Origin: Kofleriaceae bacterium
GTDB taxonomy: Bacteria > Myxococcota_A > Polyangia > Haliangiales > Haliangiaceae
Assembly: GCA_046597055.1 (NCBI GenBank)
Contig: JBKJLC010000294.1
Location: 1 to 13,480, forward strand
DNA: 13,480 nucleotides
Reading direction: 5' to 3'
Position numbers and translations under genes: made by a program. Every line of letters starts with the position of its first letter. Within the stretch, counting starts at the first letter, position 1. Under the pieces are notes generated by a model. It ran no database searches and was not told the origin of the DNA. It saw only the letters and a program-made list of their open reading frames with translations. This document shows, piece by piece, positions 1 to 12,392 of this stretch.

Positions 1-87
1 GCAGCCGAGGTGACGAACAAGATCACGCCGGCCGACATCTCGGATCCAGACGAAGTGATCGCGCGCGCGAAGTCGTTGAGTGCCTAG
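1..87 (+). pseudogene. Inverted fragment of a third PAS-repeat copy, open at the left edge and ending in TAG at the junction
   Basis: Frame +1 reads AAEVTNKITPADISDPDEVIARAKSLSA*. It is homologous to both minus-strand repeats: 9/84 nt differences from 174-91 and 10/84 from 600-517, counted by hand. TAG at 85-87 replaces the expected GAG (Glu). Confidence 0.7.
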
Positions 88-174
88 CTCAGCACTCAAC
101 GCCTTCGCCCGCGCGACCAACTCATCCGGATCCGAGATGTCGGCCGGCGTGATCTTGTTCGTCACCTCGGCCGC
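1..174. repeat. Imperfect inverted repeat with arms 1-84 and 91-174 and a 6-nt spacer (TAGCTC)
   Basis: The reverse complement of 91-174 matches 1-84 at 75/84 positions. The left arm probably continues beyond the window. Confidence 0.95.
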
Positions 175-810
175 CGCGTAACCGAGCATCCGCTCGGCGC
201 CGACGTTGAAGATCTGGATGACGCCCTTCGCGTCGGTGGCGATGCTCGAGAAATTGGCGCTGTTGAAGATCGCGCGCTGCAACGCTCCGGCCTTGAGCAA
301 GGCCTCCTCGGCATGCTTGCGCGCGGTGTTGTCGGTCCCGATCAGCAAGTAGCCGATGATGACCTCCTGTGCGTCGCGTAGCGCGGTGACCGAGACCACC
401 GCCGGAAAGCGGCTCCCATCCTTGCGGAAGTAGGTCAGCTCGTAGATGTCCTCGATGCCGCGCGAGGCCTTGAAGACCAAGGCCTCGAAGCCCGGCGTGA
501 TCGGCGTGCCCAGCTCGGCGCTCAACGCCTTCGCCCGCGCGATCACCTCCTCGGGATCCGAGATGTCGGCGGGGGTGATCTGGTTCGTGACCTCGGCTGC
601 CGCGTAGCCGAGCATCCGCTCGGCGCCGACGTTGAAGATCTGGATGACGCCGTTCGCGTCCGTGGCGATGCTCGAGAAATTGGCGCTGTTGAAGATCGCG
701 CGCTGCAACGCTCCAGCCTTGAGCAGCGCCTCTTCCGGGGCTGCCTCCCGGTGGTCGTCCTCGCGGACCTCGCACAGTCGCAGGGGATCGGGCGGGTCGC
801 GGTTCGGCAT
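79..810 (-). CDS. N-terminal part of a tandem PAS-PAC sensor protein (probably a multi-PAS histidine kinase), interrupted at about 79-84
   Basis: Hand translation from ATG 810 (GTG 813 is an alternative; in-frame TGA at 816-814): MPNRDPPDPLRLCEVREDDHREAAPEEALLKAGALQRAIFNSANFSSIATDANGVIQIFNVGAERMLGYAAAEV...ELTYFRKDGSRFPAVVSVTALRDAQEVIIGYLLIGTDNTARK, then a second copy up to ...ALSAELGT. PAS (D.NG.I..FN..AERMLGY) and PAC (RKDGS.F...V....RD....I.G......D.T.RK) signatures are present. The frame stays open to the edge, but past 79 it reads the antisense of the inverted copy. No output domain is visible. Confidence 0.9.
91..720 (-). repeat. Intragenic direct repeat with a 426-bp (142-aa) unit
   Basis: KAGALQRAIFNSANF starts at 720 and again at 294. 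Segments 720-517 and 294-91 differ at 15 of 204 nt by hand count (about 93% identity). Confidence 0.95.
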
Positions 811-935
811 CACTCAGGGCGCGATGCATTCCCTGGGCCGTCGCGCCGACGCCCCCGAACACGGCAGACCTGTCGTACCGCACCTGAAGCCGACCCAGTC
901 GCGGTCCGCCGGGCGCTATCGCCCGATGTGCGGGA

Positions 936-1259
936 GTGCGCCCGTTGCGGTTCGGTCGGGGGCTTCGGCTCCGACCTGGGCCGGGGCTCGGCACCGCGCA
1001 CAACCGCGCCCGGATCACGCCCGACCTGATGGCGCTGGTCGCGGCGGCGGCCCGCCAGTGTGTCGCCACCCACCAGCCGGCGACCGGCTGGGCGGTGAAC
1101 GTCGACGTCGAGACCACGCTCGACGAGGTGGTCGAGGTCGCCCTCGCGACCGCCAGTCGGTCCCCGCTCGCCAGCTGTCTGGTCGAGGCAGTGTGGGCGG
1201 TCCGGCTCGGCCGCAACTTCGACCTCGAGCGCGAGCGCTTCACCCTGCGCTTCCGGTGA
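936..1259 (+). CDS. Small hypothetical protein or orphan C-terminal gene remnant (alternative start ATG 1029)
   Basis: Codons end mostly in G/C from about 984 to TGA 1259, and the sequence is protein-like (ARQCV...VNVDVETTLDEVVEV...SCLVEAVWAVRL...FTLRF). No clear RBS; start uncertain. Confidence 0.55.
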   Translation: MRPLRFGRGLRLRPGPGLGTAHNRARITPDLMALVAAAARQCVATHQPATGWAVNVDVETTLDEVVEVALATASRSPLASCLVEAVWAVRLGRNFDLERERFTLRFR

Positions 1260-1260
1260 T

Positions 1261-1306
1261 CAGGCCGACGCGGTGACCGCGCAGGCCGCGGTCACCGACG
1301 CGCCTG
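1261..1306. terminator. GC-rich hairpin between convergent genes, a probable bidirectional terminator or stability element
   Basis: Perfect 11-bp stem CGGTGACCGCG (1271-1281) / CGCGGTCACCG (1287-1297) with a 5-nt loop, plus outer CAGGC/GCCTG pairing. It lies between the stops at 1259 (+) and 1318 (-). No U-tract. Confidence 0.6.
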
Positions 1307-1317
1307 GACCCGACCGA

Positions 1318-3486
1318 TCACGGGCAGGTCGTGGGCAGCGTGAACGACTCGACGATCCGCACGCCGCGGCCGCCCTTGGTGGTCGCGCCGTCGGCACCGA
1401 CCCCGACGCCGAACTGGGCGAAGGCCTCCCAGATCAGGCACTCGTGGCCGAGCCCGCGTAGCGCCACCGACTGCAGCATGCCGTCGCGCATGTCCTCCCA
1501 CGCCGGCGTCGCCGGGGTGTAGTTCATGCCGTCGACGAAGTAGGTGAGCAGCAGGTCGCGCTCGAGCTGCTCGCGACCGAAGATCTCCATCAGCCGCCAC
1601 ATGATCGCGGCGTAGATCTCGCCGTCGTTGTGGACCCCGCCGCCGTCGACCGCGCCGTAGGTCAGCGGGTAGCCGGTGTACGGATAGCGGCGGATGCCGC
1701 CGGCCGCGCTGAACGCGTACTCGCCGATCACGTCGTCGCCGTTGAGCAGCATCGCCAGGGTGTCGCTGGCGCCCTCGCCGATCGCGCCGGCGAGCGGGCC
1801 GCTCATGCTGCCGATCATGCGCCAGGTCAGGCCGTGGCCGTACTCGTGAAAGACGATGTCCGAATCCAGATCGCCGTCGATCATCGGCGGCGGATTGGCG
1901 AGCTTGCGCACGGTGCCGCGGGCGCCCGCGGTGCGCAGGAGCGCGCCGTCGTTCTGGCTGACCATCGCCGACGAGATGCGGATGCGGCGGTTGGTGCCGC
2001 CCATCGCCATGGTCGCGGTACCGCCCTGGTTGTTGGCGACCACGACCGCGATCGCGCCCGCGCTCTGGGCGTTCATCACCTTGACCGTGAAGTCGCAGGT
2101 GCCGCGATCGATCAGCGCGATCTTGCCGGACACGCCGGCGCCGATCGACTCGCAGCCGTCGCTGGTGGTCCCGGTGCCGTCGTTGGCGAGCACGATGTCG
2201 CCGACGATGCCGCCGGCCGGGAACGCCGCGCCGAAGCTCGAGGCGCGCGCGCCGTAGCTGCCGGCGATCGAGGCCGGCGCGGTGACCGCGACCTCGTGGT
2301 CGGGCGCCGCGCTCGACCAAAGGTACATCTGCATGCGCGGGGCGCTGCCATCGGCCGGGGTCGAGAAGTTGGCGTTGTCGGTGCCGCCGCCATCCTGGGC
2401 CTCGGCCTGGACCGGATCGTTGCCGTTGCCACCGCGGCCGAAGTTGTCGACCTGGAAGTTGCCGGCGGCCTCGGTGAAGCCGTGGCGATAGAGGACATCG
2501 TGGGTCCGGTTGGTCAGGTAGAAGAGGTTCTGGATCGCGACCGCGCGGTTGCCGTCGGTCGCCGGCACCGACGCCAGCGCGGCCGCGGTCAGGAACCGAC
2601 CGTCGGTGACGGTGGTGCCGCCGGCGTCGGCGGTGTTGTCGGCCACCGCGTCGAGGTAGGTGCGGGTGTTGTTGCCCTTGATGTTGATGGTCGTGTGGTT
2701 GCCGGCTGCGAGCCAGCCCTGCGGCGACTCGACGCTGCCCGCCGCCGGGCCGCTGACCAGGGTCTGGCCGCCCTTCCCGGGATCCTCGAGGTAGACGTTG
2801 TACTGGTCGCTGTTGGTGCGCAGCTCGTCGGCGACGATCGTGCCGGTCTGGTCGACGATCGTGTGATGGAGCTGGTTGCCGCCCGCGGTCCAGGTCACGA
2901 CCTGGTAGCCAAGGCGGAGCTGGCCGGCGTCATCGACGTAGGCGACCCGCTCGACGGTCGGATCGGCATGGAACCCGGTGCCGCGGTCGAACGCGACGAC
3001 CTCGCCGGTGCGGCCGAGCGCGGCGGGTGCCGCGGCGACCTGATAGCCGAGGTGCGCGAAGGTGCGCGCGAGCGCCATCGCGTCGTCGCGGCTCCCGCTC
3101 GGCGCGAGCCGGGTGGGCGCCGCCACCATCTTGTCGATCAGGTGCACCAGCTCGCCGTCGCGGTTGAGCGTCGCCTTCACGTAGGCGCCGACGACGCGGA
3201 CGCCATCGACGGTCTGCTCGAGTCGTACATGGGTGAACCCGGTCGCTTGGGTCACGTGCGAGACGACCCTGAGGGTGTCGACCGCACGCCCGCCGGGCAG
3301 GTCCCCGAGGAACGACGCGATGGTCTCGATCGGCCGAGCCGTCGAGGGACCGGTGAGCGCCTCGCCGCGCTGCGTCGCATAGATCGGGCCGGACGGCACC
3401 GCGGTGCCCTCGGCCTCACAACCACCCAGCAGGCTCGCGCCCGCAATCCCGAGCAGCCCCATCCGGAGCACGGTCTTCTTGAACAT
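1318..3486 (-). CDS. M36 (fungalysin-family) zinc metallopeptidase with propeptide and inserted PA domain; probable lipoprotein
   Basis: RBS GGAGG at 3501-3497. Signal MFKKTVLRMGLLGIAGASLLGG-C. FTP-like propeptide (HVRLEQTVDGVRV). M36 motifs NLFY..N..HD.LY.HGFTEAAGNFQ, QDGGGTDNANF.TPADG..PRMQMYLW, HEYGH, GEG.SD and HNDGEIY. PA domain (GC...GKIALIDRGTCDF..K..NAQ.AGA.AVVV.NN). Confidence 0.93.
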   Translation of the reverse strand: MFKKTVLRMGLLGIAGASLLGGCEAEGTAVPSGPIYATQRGEALTGPSTARPIETIASFLGDLPGGRAVDTLRVVSHVTQATGFTHVRLEQTVDGVRVVGAYVKATLNRDGELVHLIDKMVAAPTRLAPSGSRDDAMALARTFAHLGYQVAAAPAALGRTGEVVAFDRGTGFHADPTVERVAYVDDAGQLRLGYQVVTWTAGGNQLHHTIVDQTGTIVADELRTNSDQYNVYLEDPGKGGQTLVSGPAAGSVESPQGWLAAGNHTTINIKGNNTRTYLDAVADNTADAGGTTVTDGRFLTAAALASVPATDGNRAVAIQNLFYLTNRTHDVLYRHGFTEAAGNFQVDNFGRGGNGNDPVQAEAQDGGGTDNANFSTPADGSAPRMQMYLWSSAAPDHEVAVTAPASIAGSYGARASSFGAAFPAGGIVGDIVLANDGTGTTSDGCESIGAGVSGKIALIDRGTCDFTVKVMNAQSAGAIAVVVANNQGGTATMAMGGTNRRIRISSAMVSQNDGALLRTAGARGTVRKLANPPPMIDGDLDSDIVFHEYGHGLTWRMIGSMSGPLAGAIGEGASDTLAMLLNGDDVIGEYAFSAAGGIRRYPYTGYPLTYGAVDGGGVHNDGEIYAAIMWRLMEIFGREQLERDLLLTYFVDGMNYTPATPAWEDMRDGMLQSVALRGLGHECLIWEAFAQFGVGVGADGATTKGGRGVRIVESFTLPTTCP

Positions 3487-3515
3487 GTAGTCGTGTCCTC
3501 CCGGGGGCGTGCGAC

Positions 3516-3531
3516 TGCATGCGACGTACCG
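3516..3531 (-). promoter_or_regulatory. Candidate sigma54 (-24/-12) promoter for the M36 gene
   Basis: The minus strand reads CGGTACG-TCGC-ATGCA against the consensus TGGCACG-N4-TTGCW, with exact GG-N10-GC spacing. Predicted +1 is near 3505, just before the RBS. Confidence 0.45.
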
Positions 3532-3623
3532 TGTTGTGCCACCAGTAAGCCACGGTCATCACGTAAGCTGTCGCACCCACGCCTGGCCCAAAAAGCCCCG
3601 CCTGCGGTGCTGGTGCGGCGCGC

Positions 3624-3657
3624 GCGCACACCACCCGCGGCCGCCCGCGGTGTGCGC
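3624..3657. repeat. Bulged GC-rich hairpin in the divergent intergenic region
   Basis: GCGCACACC (3624-3632) pairs with GGTGTGCGC (3649-3657); inner stem GCGG/CCGC. Confidence 0.5.
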
Positions 3658-3747
3658 CAGACGCTTTCGCCGCTCCGTGAGGCGCCGCGTCATCCGCCGC
3701 GCGGGCGCCGTGAAACCCGCTTCCTGCGTCCGCCGGCCTCGCCCGAA

Positions 3748-3785
3748 TTTCGCAGCGAAACCGGTCTCATCCGCCATAGCGGATG
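3748..3785. promoter_or_regulatory. Two perfect palindromes upstream of metH (candidate operators)
   Basis: TTTCGC-A-GCGAAA (3748-3760) and CATCCGC-CATA-GCGGATG (3768-3785). The second ends 39 nt before ATG 3825. Confidence 0.5.
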
Positions 3786-3824
3786 CCCCGTTCCAGGCAG
3801 CGGCCGTTCGTGGTACCGGAGGGG

Positions 3825-7496
<3,672 letters not shown>

Positions 7497-7548
7497 CGGC
7501 GGGGGGCTACGCTCTCCCGTGGCCACCCACGGCCGCCCGGGAGCAGTC

Positions 7549-7980
7549 ATGGAATGGATCCGACCGATCGCGCTGATCGTCGCTGGTGTGCTGGCGGCCT
7601 CGGCGCTGGTCATGCTGACCGTGAAGCGCGCGCAGCCATCGATCGAGAAGCTGGTGCGGTTCCAGGGCTACGTCGGCGTCGGGCTGCTCGCGTGGGGCAT
7701 CTACGATCTGATCTGGCTGGTCCGGCACCTCGACGCGATCGGCGCGCAGGGGAAGGTCCACCCGCTGTTCGCGATCAGCCTGTACGCCGCGGTCGCGGCC
7801 GAGCTGTTGCTCGGCTTCTTCCTCGGCATGCCGCTGATTGCCAGGTGGATCCCGGGCAAGAGCGCGGCCGAGCAGCGCGCGCTCGCGGTCCACGAGAAGC
7901 TCGGCACCTGGCGCAACACGCTCGGGCTGGCCGCGATCGCGATCGCGGTGATCCTCGTCTACTACAACCTGGAGTTCTGA
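7549..7980 (+). CDS. Small hypothetical membrane protein, about 4 TM helices (143 aa)
   Basis: GGGAG lies before ATG 7549 (GTG 7519 is an alternative). Four hydrophobic segments and coding-like codon usage. Confidence 0.85.
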   Translation: MEWIRPIALIVAGVLAASALVMLTVKRAQPSIEKLVRFQGYVGVGLLAWGIYDLIWLVRHLDAIGAQGKVHPLFAISLYAAVAAELLLGFFLGMPLIARWIPGKSAAEQRALAVHEKLGTWRNTLGLAAIAIAVILVYYNLEF

Positions 7981-8003
7981 CTCCCGCACAGTAGACTGCG
8001 CGC

Positions 8004-11012
<3,009 letters not shown>

Positions 11013-11032
11013 CATCGCAACCCGGAGCGAAC

Positions 11033-12079
11033 ATGCTGCACGCGCCGCTCACCGCCGCCGAGGCCGGCCGTTATGCCGCGCTGGCGCTCGCCTGCGTGCA
11101 CCGCGCGTATCCCAACCAGATCGTCCATGCGCTCGACGGTGACGACGACGTGGCGGCGCCGCGCGCGCTGCACCCGGTGTTCTGGGGCTGCTACGACTGG
11201 CACTCGGCGGTGCATGGCCACTGGACGCTGGCGGCGTTCGCGCGTCGGTTCCCGGCGGCGCCGGGCGCGGCCGCGGCACGGGCCGCGCTGACCACCAGCT
11301 TCGCGCCCGACGCGGTCGAGGCCGAGCGACGCTACCTGGAGCGCCGGCCCGGGTTCGAGCGGCCGTACGGCCTCGCGTGGCTGTGCGCGCTGCACGGCGA
11401 GCTCGCCGGGTGGGCGGCCGATGGCGACGACGACCGAGGCGCCGCCGCGATCGCCGGCGGGTGGGCTCGACAGCTCGCCCCGCTCGCGAGCCTGGCCGCG
11501 CGCCGGATCGCCGGCTGGCTCGAGCAGCTGACGCACCCGACCCGGGTCGGCACCCACGGGCAGTCGGCGTTCGCGACCGGGCTCGTGCTCGACTGGGCGC
11601 GCGCCACCGGCGACGACGCGCTGGCGGCCCGGCTGGCCGCGGCGGCGTGGCGCCTGCACGGCGACGATCGTGGCCCCGCGCTGCACCTGGAGCCGTCGGG
11701 CGAGGACTTCCTGTCGCCGGCACTGGCGGCGGCCGAGCTGGTCGCGCGGGTGGTCGACGCGACCACGCTCGCGGGCTGGCTCGATCGGGCGCTGCCGGAT
11801 CTCGCCGGCGCGCTGACACCGCCGCGCCCGCGCGACCGCCAGGACGGGCGGCTGGTCCATCTCGATGGCCTCAGCGCCAGCCGGGCCTGGATGCTTGCGC
11901 GGCTCGAGTCCGCGCTGCCGGCCGCCGACCCGCGGCGACCCTGGCTGGCGGCGCGCGCAAACGAGCACGCCGCGGCCGCGCTGGCGGCGCTGGCCGGCCA
12001 GACCTACGTGGGCGCACACTGGCTCGGTACGTTTGCGCTATACCTCCGGATCGCCACCGCGGTCCGGATGGTCGCATGA
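11033..12079 (+). CDS. DUF2891-family protein
   Basis: GGAG RBS before ATG 11033; this is the real part of track ORF 9797-12079. Motifs recognised from memory of the family: LHPVFWGCYDWHSAVHGHW, FERPYGLAW, EPSGEDFLSP, HLDGL..SRAW, Y.G.HWL. Confidence 0.88.
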   Translation: MLHAPLTAAEAGRYAALALACVHRAYPNQIVHALDGDDDVAAPRALHPVFWGCYDWHSAVHGHWTLAAFARRFPAAPGAAAARAALTTSFAPDAVEAERRYLERRPGFERPYGLAWLCALHGELAGWAADGDDDRGAAAIAGGWARQLAPLASLAARRIAGWLEQLTHPTRVGTHGQSAFATGLVLDWARATGDDALAARLAAAAWRLHGDDRGPALHLEPSGEDFLSPALAAAELVARVVDATTLAGWLDRALPDLAGALTPPRPRDRQDGRLVHLDGLSASRAWMLARLESALPAADPRRPWLAARANEHAAAALAALAGQTYVGAHWLGTFALYLRIATAVRMVA

Positions 12080-12157
12080 CTGCCAGTTTCGACTTAATCG
12101 ATTCGAGTCATTGAATCGAATTGTCGAGCAGCGCCGCATTGCACGAATACTCGTATT

Positions 12158-12200
12158 CGCCCCGGCGGTTCAGCCAATTCACTCCCGCGGGCGTTTTTTT
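12158..12200 (+). terminator. Possible intrinsic terminator after the metH-DUF2891 run
   Basis: Imperfect stem CGCCC-CGG (12158-12165) / CCG-c-GGGCG (12185-12193), followed directly by T7 (12194-12200), a rare tract in this GC-rich window. Confidence 0.4.
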
Positions 12201-12204
12201 CGCT

Positions 12205-12231
12205 TTGCACCCCTACGATCGGACGTAGACT
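12205..12231 (+). promoter_or_regulatory. Candidate sigma70-type promoter for the 3D-domain gene
   Basis: TTGCAC (12205-12210) and TAGACT (12226-12231). The spacer is only 15 nt, which is suboptimal. Confidence 0.3.
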
Positions 12232-12392
12232 CCTCAGCTGCCAGAACGACTGCCAACCGCCGCATCGCCAGTGACAACCGGCCAGTGGGCCACCAGGTCG
12301 CCAACGCGTCCCGGGTTGCACAGCGGGTGCCAGCAGCGGGTGATCCACCGACGATGCGCGTCGGCGGCTTGCTCGCCTCGAGAGAGACCCCC

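Noticed and set aside
1..720. Diversity-generating retroelement (TR/VR pair) as an explanation for the PAS repeats
   Set aside because: Mismatches are not adenine-specific (only 4 of 9 between 1-84 and 174-91 involve A), are mostly synonymous, and no reverse transcriptase is present in the window.
122..1276. Track ORFs 122-1243 (-), 632-1276 (+), 751-1029 (+) and 810-1073 (-)
   Set aside because: Arg/Gly/Pro-rich off-frame or antisense readings. The real PAS gene is in another minus frame starting at 810.
3499..3520. SAH riboswitch-like start (CCGGGGGCGTGCGAC) upstream of metH
   Set aside because: Only a partial match to GAGGRGCGYUGCRAC, with no downstream CCAGGCUC or pseudoknot partner. 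It lies over 300 nt from metH and overlaps the M36 RBS/promoter region. No SAM-I or cobalamin riboswitch core was seen either.
3783..3824. Longer metH start at ATG 3783
   Set aside because: The 14 extra residues are not MetH-like, and the ATG lies inside the palindrome with no RBS.
12144..12175. LexA box or c-di-AMP (ydaO) riboswitch upstream of the 3D gene
   Set aside because: The palindrome is 16 bp with CGAAT arms, not CGAAC-N4-GTTCG. GTTCAGC lacks the left half of the Myxococcus-type box. The ydaO-like words (GCTGAA, GGGGCGAAT) are on the wrong strand and the 3' core is missing.
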